A stretch of DNA of 64,000 nucleotides, from assembly GCA_963727525.1 (NCBI GenBank), contig CAVSGO010000002.1, forward strand, positions 32,001-96,000, read 5' to 3'. This DNA comes from an uncultured bacterium (GTDB lineage: Bacteria > Krumholzibacteriota > Krumholzibacteriia > LZORAL124-64-63). A program made the translations under genes and the position numbers. The notes below the pieces were generated by a model. That model was not told the origin of the DNA. It did not search any database and saw only the letters and a program-made list of their open reading frames with translations. This document shows, piece after piece, positions 28,295 through 38,572 of the stretch (position 1 is the stretch's first letter; every line of letters starts with the position of its first letter).

Positions 28295-30333
28295 AGACCA
28301 TGCGCCCATCGCTCCCGGTTTGCGTGGCTTCGTGCCTGCTCGTCGCCCTCGCGCTCCTGACCGCCACTGCGGCGCGCGCGATGGACGATGGCGGCGGCCG
28401 CTCGGTCTTTGCCACCGGCGCGGGCAATCGCGCCCTCGGCCTCGGCGGCGCGTTCTGCGCCATCGCCGACGACGCCAGCGTCACGATCTGGAATCCCGGT
28501 GGCCTGGGGTGGATCGACCGAAAGCAATTCGCCGTCACGCAGACGACCCTGTTCGGACTCGGATTCAACGAGCAATTCGCATCGATCGTCGTGCCCGACT
28601 ACCGCATCGGCGCCGTATCATTCACGCTGCGCCGCTTCGCCGTCGACGAGATCGAGGGCCGCGATGATCGCGGCATGCTCACCGACGACGACCTGCAGGA
28701 CAGCGAGCTGGAAGCAGCTCTCGGCTACGGACATCGGCTCGGAGCGGCGGCTTCCGCGGGCGTGGCGATCAAGATGCAGCGGCAGTCGCTCGCCGGCTTC
28801 TCCGACAGCGGCCTCGGCGTGGATCTCGGTCTGCTCATGCGCCCGCTCCAGCTCGTGCATCTGGACGAGTCGGGCGGCGGACTCACGTTCGGCGCGTCGG
28901 TCCGCAACGCCATCGAGCCCACGGTACGCCTCGAGACGGACAACGTGCCCGATCCTACGGCCTTGCGGTCTGGTCTCGCTTACCGCAGGCATCTCGGCGC
29001 AGCGCTCGCGATGCTGGCGAGCGTGGATGTCGAGAAGACGCGGCACATGGGCTCCCGCCTGCACGCCGGTTTCGAGGCACAGCTCGAAGACATGCTCGCC
29101 CTGCGGGTTGGTTCATTCGCGGGCACGCTCACCGCTGGCACCAGCGTGCGCTGGCGCGGCCTGGGCGTCGACTATCAGTTCGAGGACAATCCACTCGGCT
29201 CGATCCACCGCTTTGGTCTGTCCGTGGCCTTCGGCCCCACTGTCGCCGAGAGCGAGCATGCCGCGCGCCTCGCCGAGTCGAACGCCTTGCAGTCGCGACT
29301 CGATGCTGCCTTCGTCAAACGCACGCAGAACCAGGCTGACCGCGTCATGCGGGAAGCTCGGCGCGCGCTCGAGGACAGGCGCTGGGATCGCGTGCTCGAT
29401 CTCGCCGGCACGCTGCTGGTCCTCGCCCCGAACGATCCTACCACGCCGTCGCTCATGGCCGACGCCTGGCGTGGACGGGCCACCGACGCCGAGAAGAACG
29501 GCGATCTGTCCGCGGCCGCCGTGAGCTACAGCCAGGCGCTCGCCGAGCTGCCCTCCGACAGCACGGCCGCGCGGGCGCTGGCGCGCGTCCGACGTACGAG
29601 CGCCGAGCGCGCGGATCGCACGCGCGACCTGCGCGCCCGATTCGACGCCGCCCTCGACGCGTTCTCCCGCGACGATCTGCTGGCGGCGCAGCGGGGATTC
29701 CAGGAAATCCTCGCAACCAGCCCGGACGACCAGGAAGCCGCCACCATGCTCACACGCACGCGTAGTGCGATCGCACGCCGTGTCGACGCACTGCTCGACC
29801 AGGCCGGTTCATACCTCGCCGCCGACCGGCTCGAAGACGCCGAGGCCAGGATCGCCGAGGTCCGGACCTTCGACGCCACCAGCGCCGGGGCCGCCGGGGT
29901 ATCCGACCAGATCATCCGCCGGCGCACGGAGATCGCCCGGGCTGCGGCGGCGTTGCCGACCGCGCCGGAAGCCACGCACGTGGCCGCTGCAAGCATGCCC
30001 GAACCATCGGTCCTGAGCCCGGCGCGTCAGCGCGAGGTCGCCGACCTCTACCGGCGCGGCGTGCAGTCGCTCGACGACGGCCGCACCGCCGACGCGATCC
30101 GCTACTGGGAACTGGTGTGGGCCGCCGATCCCGAGTTCGAAGGAGTGGCCGACCATCTCGCGCAGGAGTACCTGGCGCAGGGCATGGACGCCTTCGCCGC
30201 CGGCAAGCTGAACCAGGCCGTCGAGAGCTGGGAGCAGGCCGTGCGCGTGGCGCCGAACGACCCACGTGCCCGGGGCTACCTCGAGCGCGCACACGAGCAA
30301 CTCGCGCGCATGCGGCGCATCGGCGCCCGGTAA
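28291..30333 (+). CDS. PorV/PorQ family beta-barrel fused to a TPR-like helical domain
   Basis: Signal peptide, then GAGNRALGLGGAFCAIADDAS.TIWNPGGL (PorV N-terminus) and HRFGLSVAFG (barrel end). The C-terminus is helical (AVESWEQAVRVAPNDPRARGYL). ATGA overlap with the adhesin gene. Confidence 0.85.
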   Translation: MKTMRPSLPVCVASCLLVALALLTATAARAMDDGGGRSVFATGAGNRALGLGGAFCAIADDASVTIWNPGGLGWIDRKQFAVTQTTLFGLGFNEQFASIVVPDYRIGAVSFTLRRFAVDEIEGRDDRGMLTDDDLQDSELEAALGYGHRLGAAASAGVAIKMQRQSLAGFSDSGLGVDLGLLMRPLQLVHLDESGGGLTFGASVRNAIEPTVRLETDNVPDPTALRSGLAYRRHLGAALAMLASVDVEKTRHMGSRLHAGFEAQLEDMLALRVGSFAGTLTAGTSVRWRGLGVDYQFEDNPLGSIHRFGLSVAFGPTVAESEHAARLAESNALQSRLDAAFVKRTQNQADRVMREARRALEDRRWDRVLDLAGTLLVLAPNDPTTPSLMADAWRGRATDAEKNGDLSAAAVSYSQALAELPSDSTAARALARVRRTSAERADRTRDLRARFDAALDAFSRDDLLAAQRGFQEILATSPDDQEAATMLTRTRSAIARRVDALLDQAGSYLAADRLEDAEARIAEVRTFDATSAGAAGVSDQIIRRRTEIARAAAALPTAPEATHVAAASMPEPSVLSPARQREVADLYRRGVQSLDDGRTADAIRYWELVWAADPEFEGVADHLAQEYLAQGMDAFAAGKLNQAVESWEQAVRVAPNDPRARGYLERAHEQLARMRRIGAR

Positions 30334-31841
30334 TGAGCGAAAGATCTCACAAGAGCAAGGATCGGGTGATGGATCGACGACAGGCTCGCCGCTCGGTCAG
30401 CATGAAGCTCATCCTCTCCATGACCACCTCCATCCTCGTGGCCAGCGCGGTGGCCGGCGTGGCGCTGGTGACCGAGCACAACGTGCGGCGAGAGCTGACC
30501 CGGGAGATGGAAACGCGACTCGTGCTCGAGGCCCGCAATCTGGCCTTGTTGAGCACCGACGCGTTGCTCGCCGAGTTCCCGGAGTTGACGCTGTGTCCGC
30601 TCGTCCGCGAGATGGTAGATCGCCAACCCGACATCACCCTGGCCGTCGTCCTGGATCATGAAGGACTCGTGCAGGGCTACCCGGATCCGCGCGCCCTCGG
30701 TCATCCCTTCGCCGACCTCTCGCATTACGTCGGCGAAACGCCCCAGGGGCCACTCAACGATGGCGAGGCGCTGATCGGCAACGACGTGACGATCGCCGTC
30801 CGGGCCGAGGTGCGCCACGCCAACGGCCAGATGCTCGGCACCGTCGTCGTCGGCCAGCCACGCGACCAGCTCACGGCCGTGCTCGCGGCCAACCGACGGC
30901 AGGTGCTCGGCCTCGCCGCGTTGCTCGCGGTCGCCGGCGGTCTCGTGGCCATCATGCTGATGCGCCGCTTGCTCCGCCCCGTGGACGCGCTTCGCCGCGG
31001 TCTGGAACGCATCGGTGAGGGCGACCTCGAGTCGCCCATCCAGCTGGAGGACGGCACCGAGCTGGGGTTGCTGGCCAACACCGTGAACGCGATGGCTGGA
31101 CAGCTCATGTCTTCTCGTCACGAAGCATTGGCCAAGGAGCTGGAGATCGTCCAGACGCAACAGGAACTCATTCACACGCTGGGGATCGTGGTAGAGGGGC
31201 GGTCGCACGAGACGGCCAACCACACGATCCGCGTCGGCCACGCCACCGCCCTCCTCGCGGCGCTCGCCGGACTAGGTCAGGACGAGGCCGAGCTGTTGCG
31301 CATGGCCGCACCCATGCACGACGTCGGCAAGGTGGGCATTCCCGACGCCATTCTCAACAAGCCGGGCAAGCTGACCGACGACGAATTCAACACCATGAAG
31401 TCGCATGCCGAGATCGGGTACAACATCCTCAATCACTCGGAACGGCCGTTGCTCAAGTCTGCCTCGATCATCGCGCACGAGCATCATGAGCGCTGGGACG
31501 GTAAGGGCTACCCACGGGGCATCCGCGGTGACGACATCCATATCTACGGCCGGATCGTGTCCATCGTCGACGTGTTCGATGCGCTCTCGAGCAACCGCGT
31601 CTACCGCGCGGCCATGCCGATGTCCAGGGCGCTGGCCATCATGGAGGAAGGACACGGAACGCAGTTCGACCCGCATCTGCTCGACATCTTCCTTTCCAAC
31701 ATCGACCGCTTCCGGGCCTTGATGGACGTATATTCCGACGTCTTCGAGTCGCCTGAACGCATCGTGGAGAAGACCCTTTCGCCGATCGAGGAGTCGGCAG
31801 GCGACGAGTCGGCTTTGCTGGATCCCGTGGGTCAGGCCTGA
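30333..31841 (+). CDS. membrane HAMP + HD-GYP c-di-GMP phosphodiesterase
   Basis: Two TM helices and a HAMP domain, then ETANHTIRV, MHDVGKVGIPDAILNKPGKLT, HHERWDGKGYP, DVFDAL and GTQFDP. Confidence 0.9.
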   Translation: MSERSHKSKDRVMDRRQARRSVSMKLILSMTTSILVASAVAGVALVTEHNVRRELTREMETRLVLEARNLALLSTDALLAEFPELTLCPLVREMVDRQPDITLAVVLDHEGLVQGYPDPRALGHPFADLSHYVGETPQGPLNDGEALIGNDVTIAVRAEVRHANGQMLGTVVVGQPRDQLTAVLAANRRQVLGLAALLAVAGGLVAIMLMRRLLRPVDALRRGLERIGEGDLESPIQLEDGTELGLLANTVNAMAGQLMSSRHEALAKELEIVQTQQELIHTLGIVVEGRSHETANHTIRVGHATALLAALAGLGQDEAELLRMAAPMHDVGKVGIPDAILNKPGKLTDDEFNTMKSHAEIGYNILNHSERPLLKSASIIAHEHHERWDGKGYPRGIRGDDIHIYGRIVSIVDVFDALSSNRVYRAAMPMSRALAIMEEGHGTQFDPHLLDIFLSNIDRFRALMDVYSDVFESPERIVEKTLSPIEESAGDESALLDPVGQA

Positions 31842-32347
31842 TCGCGGAGCAGATCGGTGTAAGCCACGTCCACGAGATCATCCCGCGACACGCCCAGGCG
31901 GTCCATGAGGCGGAGCGCGATCGCCTCGCCCTCGGCCACCTCCTGATCCGGCGTCAGCACGACCTCCAGCTCGAGAAAGTCGCCCAGAGCCGCCACGGCA
32001 TCGATATGCACGCGCGTCTGCCCCACCATGTAGAGGCGACGTTCCTTGCGGACGCGACCGATCTCGCCCAGGGCGGCCGCAAGTGCGGCGTGCAGCGTGT
32101 CGGGATCTTCGGTGCGGTGGATCTCGTAGGTGGATGTGCGCGGTCCTGCGATGTCGGGCCGGGTGTAGGAGATCAATTCACCCCTGCCGCCGGCCAGGCG
32201 GCGCAGCTTGAGTCGGCCGCGGGCGCAGGCGAAAAACACGTCATCTTGCGGCAACACCTGCACCGGACCATCGGCGAGTGACCGCGCGCGCGCCTCGCAC
32301 GCGGGCACGTCGCGGAGGCGCGCCTTGATCTCGACATTGCGATTCAC
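31832..32347 (-). CDS. CYTH-domain class IV adenylate cyclase-like protein (CyaB-like)
   Basis: NVEIKARL, QDDVFF, RLKLR, VRKERRLY, RVHID and FLELEVVL. The start could instead be the ATG at 32365. Confidence 0.85.
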   Translation of the reverse strand: MNRNVEIKARLRDVPACEARARSLADGPVQVLPQDDVFFACARGRLKLRRLAGGRGELISYTRPDIAGPRTSTYEIHRTEDPDTLHAALAAALGEIGRVRKERRLYMVGQTRVHIDAVAALGDFLELEVVLTPDQEVAEGEAIALRLMDRLGVSRDDLVDVAYTDLLRDQA

Positions 32348-32375
32348 GATCCAGCTCCCATTCATTGCTTGTAAC

Positions 32376-33598
32376 GTGCCACGAAGAATGTTGACGGGTC
32401 CAGCGCTTGCCTGGGCCCGTCTTCATGAACACCAAAACCCTCACTTCATGCCCCTCGCTTCCTCCCCACTGCCCCAACCCTAACTGCAAATACCACAAGC
32501 CTCAGCCGCATTCCTGGCCCTTCGCGCTCTTCGGCACCTTCTCCCGAAAATCCCCGCCCTACACCGTCCAGCGCTACCTCTGCCTGGCCTGTGGCAGGAC
32601 CTGCTCAGACCAGACCTTCCGCACCACATACTGGCTCAAACGCGCCGATCTCCTGCCCAAGGTCCACAAGCACGCCGTCTCTGGCGCCGCCAATCGCCAG
32701 ATCGCCAGGCTCCTCGACACCTCGCCGACGACCGTCGACAACCTCCTCGCTCGCCTCGGCCGACACTGCATCCTCTTCCATCGACACCTGGTGTCCCAGG
32801 CGTCACCCTTCGTGGACATCGCCATCGACGGGCTCGTCGCCTTCGAGCACTCCCAGTATTTCCCCTACGAGATCGTCGCGGCCGTCGATCGCCGCTCCAG
32901 CTTCATCATCCACTTCGCCGAGGCCGAGCGGCGACGCAGCGGGGCGATGACCGACGAGCAGAAATGGAAACGGTCCCTCTTTGAACAAAACTATGGCCGG
33001 CCGGACCCCAGGTCGTTGATGCGGGCGCTGCTCGAGGTGCTCTCGGTCTCGCTCGACGGCGCCACCGAGGCCCACATCTGGAGCGACAAGCACAAGACCT
33101 ATCCCTACGCGATCGCGAAGCTACGGTATTGCAAGGTGATCCACGAGACGATCGACTCCCGTGAGCCGCGGACGAGTCGCAACCCGTTGTTCGAGGTCAA
33201 CTTGCTGGACATGTTGCTGCGGCATTGTCTGAAAGACCACACGCGGGAGACGATCGCGTTCGGGAAGCGACGCCAGCATTCGATCTACCGGCTGGCGATC
33301 TTCCTGGTGTGGCGCAACACGATCAAGTTGCGTCGGGAGAAGCGGTGCTGGAGCACGCCGGCGATGCAGATCGGGATCGCCACGAAGCCCCTGACCGAGG
33401 AGGAAGTGTTGTCGCGGCGGCTGTTCGTGTCGCATATCGAGTTGCCGCCGTTGTGGGATGACTACTACTGGCGACGGGTCGAGACGCGGCCATTGAAGGT
33501 GAACCGGAGGCACAAGCTGACGTACGCCGCGTAGTGAGAAAGTCGGGCCTGGCGGGCGAGATCCCGGTGCGAAGCCTCGTCAACATTCTTCTTGGCAC
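32376..33598 (+). mobile_element. insertion sequence (IS1-like) bounded by 21-bp inverted repeats
   Basis: Left GTGCCACGAAGAATGTTGACG (32376-32396) matches the reverse complement of right 33578-33598 (GTGCCAAGAAGAATGTTGACG) at 20 of 21 positions. The repeats enclose a transposase. Confidence 0.85.
32425..33534 (+). CDS. IS1-family-like DDE transposase
   Basis: Zn finger CPNPNC...QRYLCLAC, HTH NRQIARLLDTSPTTV, catalytic-like IAIDG and IWSD, and C-terminal RETIAFGK...TPAM. Confidence 0.8.
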   Translation: MNTKTLTSCPSLPPHCPNPNCKYHKPQPHSWPFALFGTFSRKSPPYTVQRYLCLACGRTCSDQTFRTTYWLKRADLLPKVHKHAVSGAANRQIARLLDTSPTTVDNLLARLGRHCILFHRHLVSQASPFVDIAIDGLVAFEHSQYFPYEIVAAVDRRSSFIIHFAEAERRRSGAMTDEQKWKRSLFEQNYGRPDPRSLMRALLEVLSVSLDGATEAHIWSDKHKTYPYAIAKLRYCKVIHETIDSREPRTSRNPLFEVNLLDMLLRHCLKDHTRETIAFGKRRQHSIYRLAIFLVWRNTIKLRREKRCWSTPAMQIGIATKPLTEEEVLSRRLFVSHIELPPLWDDYYWRRVETRPLKVNRRHKLTYAA

Positions 33599-33818
33599 AA
33601 CCCATGGCTTGAAGTCACGTAAGTGACGCTCATACGCCCCTCAAGGCAGCCTCGCGTCAGCCGATCATGAACACGAATCCGCGTCGAAAGCCGACGGGGA
33701 CACGTGGTCTGCACCGGCCATCCGAGAAGGTACCCATGGGCCGCTTCGCTTCAGTCCGATACCGCCCCAGTATCACTGTCCTCGTCCCCGGCGTCCACCT
33801 GCCCATGCCGGTGACGCC

Positions 33819-36089
33819 GTGAAGCCCGCCTCGGCATCCGCGGCCGCCACGGGGCGTTGGACCTGGGTCATCATCGCGGTTCTGCTGGTCGCAGGTACGG
33901 TGTTCTGTTTCATTCTCGCCGACATGCATCGCAATCTCGTCGACCAGCGCGACGAACTCGCGTCAACCGCGCGCGCGCGGACATTCACCGCGGCCTCGGC
34001 AGTTCGCGTCGCCCTGGTGGAGGCCGCCAACGAGTTGAATGACTTCGGTATGCGACACACGGTGACGAGCTGCTTCGAGGATCGCTCCCCGGGCATGGTG
34101 AAGCCTGATGGATTGCGGGAGAGCGTCTCGGATGTCGCGAGCGACCTCGCACGGTACCTCTCGATGCCCGGCGACTGGGGTGAGTGCCTCTTCGATCGTA
34201 TCGTCCTGACCGACACCACCGGCTCGGTCATCGTCGACGCCGGGCCAACCAACGGCATCGCCCTGGACACCTTGCTTCCCGGGAAAGTGCATTGCGGCCA
34301 TACGATACGTGGCGGGGAGATTTTCGGCGTCGTCCACGGAGGCACGGCAAACATCCTCATTCACAGCCCGTGCCTCCTGGACGAACGCCGTGTCGGTGAT
34401 CTCTACGGTTTCGTGAACGCCGCGAGTCTCGCGTCCCAGATGGCGGTGTTCATCGGCGTCAGCGACATCTGGTGGTACCTCGAGCACGCCAACGGTCTCC
34501 AGCTCGAGCCCGCCGCGACGATGGCGCCCGCATGGGCCAAGGCCGCCCTCGCCGCGTCCGATCCGCCGCCCGGCACCGCCCGCGTCATCGCGGCCGTGGA
34601 CGAATCTGGAAGCTCGCGCCGACTCCTCGTCGCGAGCGCGCCTGTAGGGGGGACTTCGCTCGTGCTCGCGATGGCGCAGAGTGTGGACGCGCAAGTCGCC
34701 GGGGTGCCGACCTGGCTCCCGCTGGTGATCCTGGTGGGCTTGGCGCTGGTCACGGCGGTGATCGCCACGGTACTCCTGCGCGGTCGTTCCATTCGTCTCC
34801 GGCTGACGTCGCGCCTGCACGACGAGTCCACTCTCAATCGGCTCATCAGCCAGCAGAAGGAGTTGCTCGTGCGCGAAATGGAACAACGCGCCGAGTACGA
34901 GAAGCGCCTGCAATCGGCGAAGGACGTGGCGGAAGCCGCCAACCGCGCCAAGAGCCTGTTCCTCGCCAATATGTCGCACGAGATCCGCACGCCGCTCAAC
35001 GGGATCCTCGGCATGACTGACCTCGCTCTCGATACGCGGCTCGACGACGAGCAACACGAGTTCCTGTCGATCATCAAGGAATCCGGCCGCACACTCCTGA
35101 GCGTGATCAACGATATCCTCGACTTCTCCAAGATCGAGGCCGGCAAGCTCGAGCTGGAGCAGGTACCGTTCTCGCTGCGCGGCGAACTGGAAGCCATCGA
35201 GCGCATGTTCGCACCGCGGGCCACGGAGAAGGGCCTGCAACTCGAGGTGGCCGTGCTCGGCGGCGTGGGCGACGCGGTGGTCGGCGACTCCATCAGGTTG
35301 CGCCAGATCATCATCAATCTGGTGGGCAACGCCATCAAGTTCACGTCCAGCGGCTCGATTCGGGTCGAGGTGAACGGTGTCGCGCAAGGCCGCGAATGGT
35401 GCCGGCTGCAGTTCGCCGTGATCGATACCGGCATCGGCATACCTGCCGACAAGCAGCAGTCGATCTTCGAGGCATTCCGGCAGGCGGATGGCTCGGCTAC
35501 CCGCACCTATGGCGGGACAGGCCTCGGCCTCACGATCAGCAGCCAGCTTGTGAAGATCATGGGCGGCAGCCTCGAACTGGCGAGCGTCGAGGGCCGGGGA
35601 AGTCGCTTCACCTTCACGTTGCCCTTCGCGATCCCCGGCACCGCCGCACAGGTGCCGCGGCCACTCGGCGCCGGCGCCGAGGTACTGCGCCCGCGCCGTT
35701 CGCTGCGCGTGCTCCTCGCCGAGGACAACGCGGTCAACCGGCTCTTCGCAGCCACGTTGCTGCGAAAATGGGGCCACGAAGTGATCTCCGCCAACGATGG
35801 CGAGGAAACCATTGCCGCCTGGCAGTCGCAACCCGTGGACGTCATCCTCATGGACGTCCAGATGCCCCGCCTGAACGGCCTCGAAGCCACTCGGCGCCTG
35901 CGTGAGATCGAGGCATCCCGCGGCGACGGCGCGCACATTCCCATCGTGGCGCTCACTGCTCGCGCCTTCACCGAGGATCGTGCCGAGTGCGCCGCTGCCG
36001 GTATGGATCACTACCTCAGCAAACCCATCAAGGCCGCGGAGCTCTTCGCGACGCTGGAGGCCTGCACCGGGCTACCGGTGAAGACATAG
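33819..36089 (+). CDS. hybrid sensor histidine kinase/response regulator
   Basis: Two TMs, H-box [39 protein letters not shown], and a REC domain (AEDNAVN...LMDVQMP...KP). Confidence 0.92.
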   Translation: MKPASASAAATGRWTWVIIAVLLVAGTVFCFILADMHRNLVDQRDELASTARARTFTAASAVRVALVEAANELNDFGMRHTVTSCFEDRSPGMVKPDGLRESVSDVASDLARYLSMPGDWGECLFDRIVLTDTTGSVIVDAGPTNGIALDTLLPGKVHCGHTIRGGEIFGVVHGGTANILIHSPCLLDERRVGDLYGFVNAASLASQMAVFIGVSDIWWYLEHANGLQLEPAATMAPAWAKAALAASDPPPGTARVIAAVDESGSSRRLLVASAPVGGTSLVLAMAQSVDAQVAGVPTWLPLVILVGLALVTAVIATVLLRGRSIRLRLTSRLHDESTLNRLISQQKELLVREMEQRAEYEKRLQSAKDVAEAANRAKSLFLANMSHEIRTPLNGILGMTDLALDTRLDDEQHEFLSIIKESGRTLLSVINDILDFSKIEAGKLELEQVPFSLRGELEAIERMFAPRATEKGLQLEVAVLGGVGDAVVGDSIRLRQIIINLVGNAIKFTSSGSIRVEVNGVAQGREWCRLQFAVIDTGIGIPADKQQSIFEAFRQADGSATRTYGGTGLGLTISSQLVKIMGGSLELASVEGRGSRFTFTLPFAIPGTAAQVPRPLGAGAEVLRPRRSLRVLLAEDNAVNRLFAATLLRKWGHEVISANDGEETIAAWQSQPVDVILMDVQMPRLNGLEATRRLREIEASRGDGAHIPIVALTARAFTEDRAECAAAGMDHYLSKPIKAAELFATLEACTGLPVKT

Positions 36090-36168
36090 CCTCCACTCCC
36101 GGTTTGGCACCCGGACGCCTCAAATCTACGATGTGTTGAACGACTCTCGAAGATTGCGAGGCCATACC

Positions 36169-36489
36169 ATGTCCCATACGCGCCGTTTTTCCGTCGCAGC
36201 GGTCCTCGCGGCCGCGGGGCTTCTTCCCCGGAGCGTTCCCGTCCTGGGTCCGCTTTTGCGCTGTCGCTTGCTCAAGGCCGCTGCCGGCGTCGCCCTCACC
36301 TGTGCATTCGTGAATCTCGCCCGGGATGGCGCCGTGGGCGACGGCGTGACCACGCGCGACGTTCCACCCTACGATGAGTGGACCCGCGAGGAACTCTATC
36401 GACGCGCCCGGGAACGTGAGATTCCGGGGCGGTCGCGCCTCGACAAGGCGGGACTCGTCGAGGCGTTGCGGCAGGCGGACGGCGATTAG
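36169..36489 (+). CDS. small protein with a Rho-N-terminal-like helical motif
   Basis: C-terminal YDEWTREELYRRAREREIPGRSRLDKAGLVEAL. The start is uncertain. Confidence 0.55.
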   Translation: MSHTRRFSVAAVLAAAGLLPRSVPVLGPLLRCRLLKAAAGVALTCAFVNLARDGAVGDGVTTRDVPPYDEWTREELYRRAREREIPGRSRLDKAGLVEALRQADGD

Positions 36490-36702
36490 AGAATTGCATG
36501 ATCCCGTCGCTCGCCTCCGCGTCGGATGACGACGGCGCTCCTTGGATCAGCGATTTCGCCATGGAACGCGGCAACGTTGCAGGGGCGAGCATCGGTGGCC
36601 GGGAGTGCGACCCAGCGCGTGGTCGAGACATGGGGGTGAACGCCGGAGGTCTGTCGGGTGTTCTGTGGGAAGAGCGTTTCTCGGGAGAAAGGAGTTGCCA
36701 CC

Positions 36703-37623
36703 ATGTGTCGCCCCGTGCGCTTTGCAGCACCGTTGCGCACGCGGTGGTGTCTGGCCTTGGTCCTCGCGATCGCAACTGCCGGGGCGGCGCCCGCCGAGGA
36801 GCTCCTGCTGCGTGTTACCAATGCGTACCCGTGCGTCGCACCGGATGGTAAGCGCATCTTGTACGAGTCGAATGCCGACGGCGACCTCGACATCTATGTC
36901 ATCGACCTCGCGACGGGCACACGGCGTCAGCTCACCGACGCGCCGGGACGCGACGGCACGCCGGTCTGGTCGCCGGACATGAGGCGCATCGCCTTCATGT
37001 CCGAGCGCGACGGCCATCGTCAACTCTTCGTGATGGACGCCGACGGTACGCATCAGACGAACCTTTCGCGCAACGACGCGAACGAGGAACACCCATTCTG
37101 GTCGTCCGACGGATCGCGGCTGCTCTTCGTGTCCGATCACGACGCCGGACCCGACAACATGGATATCTGGGAGATGACTGCCGACGGATCGCAGCGACAC
37201 CGTGTGGTCGCCACGCCGGAAATGGAGACCTACGCCTCATGGTCGCCGGACGGATCGCACATCGTCTGCCGTCGCGTGCTCTCGTCGGACGATTGGGCGG
37301 TGGTCGTGATGGACGCCGACGGCACCCACGATCGGGTCGTGGCGCCGGCGCCGGGCATGGACGCATGGCCGGTGTGGGCGCCCGACGACGCACACATCGT
37401 GTTCGCGTCCAACCGCAGCAGCACCTCATTCGACCTGTGGATCGCCGGCCTCGCGGGTGGCAAGCCCCGGCGCCTCACCTTCGACGACACCCGCGACGAC
37501 CGCCAGCCCTGGGTCATGACCGACGGCCGCCACGTGGCCTTCGCTCGCTACGTGTGGTACCCCAACCAGCCGTTCTACGAGGCCTCGCAGATCCTCTCGG
37601 TACGCATCGACGGCGACCAGTAG
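36703..37623 (+). CDS. TolB-like PD40 beta-propeller protein
   Basis: Repeated P.WSPDG..I.F.S units, signal peptide and AAAGGAG RBS. Confidence 0.88.
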   Translation: MCRPVRFAAPLRTRWCLALVLAIATAGAAPAEELLLRVTNAYPCVAPDGKRILYESNADGDLDIYVIDLATGTRRQLTDAPGRDGTPVWSPDMRRIAFMSERDGHRQLFVMDADGTHQTNLSRNDANEEHPFWSSDGSRLLFVSDHDAGPDNMDIWEMTADGSQRHRVVATPEMETYASWSPDGSHIVCRRVLSSDDWAVVVMDADGTHDRVVAPAPGMDAWPVWAPDDAHIVFASNRSSTSFDLWIAGLAGGKPRRLTFDDTRDDRQPWVMTDGRHVAFARYVWYPNQPFYEASQILSVRIDGDQ

Positions 37624-37764
37624 TCACGCGTGGTTTCGCGAACCCGGAGTTCACGCAGCCGGCGAAGGCCGCGGCGCCGACATCGCTCACGGCACCACCG
37701 TTGAATGTGATATGCTCTCCTCATTGGTGGCCGGCAACCACGGCCACCGGGAGGTCGAGACGTC

Positions 37765-38379
37765 ATGCGTTCCCTGATTCTCTTGATCGTGGTCGTGGGA
37801 CTGGCCGGCGTCCATATCGCGGCGGCCGATCCGTGCGTACTGACCTGTCCCGCCGGCGCCTTCGCCGAGAACGAGCCGCCTCTGCAGAACTACGCGGCGA
37901 ACGATTTCAACTCTGGCTGCCTCGGTCATACGGGATGGGACGCCTTCGAGCAGCTCGGCGGCGACGCGGACGGCATGCTCACCCTCTGCGGTTCGGGCGG
38001 CTGGTATCTCGGGCCGGGCGACGTTCACTACCGCGACAGCGACTGGTACATCGCCACCTTCGGCGACGGCGGCACCATCACGCTCGAGGCCGACGCCGAG
38101 GAGCCGCTCCTCGTGTTCGAACTCGGTCCCCAGGACTGCTCGCAGGTCACCGTGCAACAGCAGGTGATCGCGGGCCCCTGCGCGCCGGCCGTGATGGTCG
38201 TGACCGGCGTGCCCCACACCACGGTGTGGCTCTGGACCGGAGCCGTCACGTTCACCTCGCCCGACGGCACCACACCATACGAGTTCGACTACACGGTCAT
38301 GCTGAGCGGCCTGGAGGCGGATGTCGTGGCGGTGCAAGGCCGGTCATGGTCGACGATCAAGTCGATCTTTGCCGATTGA
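37765..38379 (+). CDS. secreted single-domain homolog of the tandem family C-half
   Basis: Signal peptide, then CVLTCPAG...ENEPPL...NSGC...LCG.GGWY...YRDSDWY...ELGPQDC...AGPC. Ends SWSTIKSIFAD. Confidence 0.85.
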   Translation: MRSLILLIVVVGLAGVHIAAADPCVLTCPAGAFAENEPPLQNYAANDFNSGCLGHTGWDAFEQLGGDADGMLTLCGSGGWYLGPGDVHYRDSDWYIATFGDGGTITLEADAEEPLLVFELGPQDCSQVTVQQQVIAGPCAPAVMVVTGVPHTTVWLWTGAVTFTSPDGTTPYEFDYTVMLSGLEADVVAVQGRSWSTIKSIFAD

Positions 38380-38572
38380 CGAGGGCGTGACCCCGGGAGA
38401 TCCCACGGCGCGTCGCGGACGAAGCATGCGGCGGGTTCTGGCGAACCGCCCCTCTCCCTTCCCTGGTGGGCCTCTTGACAGACGATCGTCAGCATCCCCG
38501 GCTAGCCAAGGGCCGTTTCACGACTAATTTAGGACCTGGTACCATCGAATCGTGGTTCAAAAAGGATAGAAC

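Noticed and set aside
36498-36700. Possible small ORF or sigma-54 promoter upstream of the TolB-like gene
   Set aside because: The GG/GC spacing does not fit -24/-12, and the ORF overlaps the TolB-like gene with no motif support.
37706-37721. Second CRP-like site (TGTGA-N6-CTCCT)
   Set aside because: Only one half-site matches.
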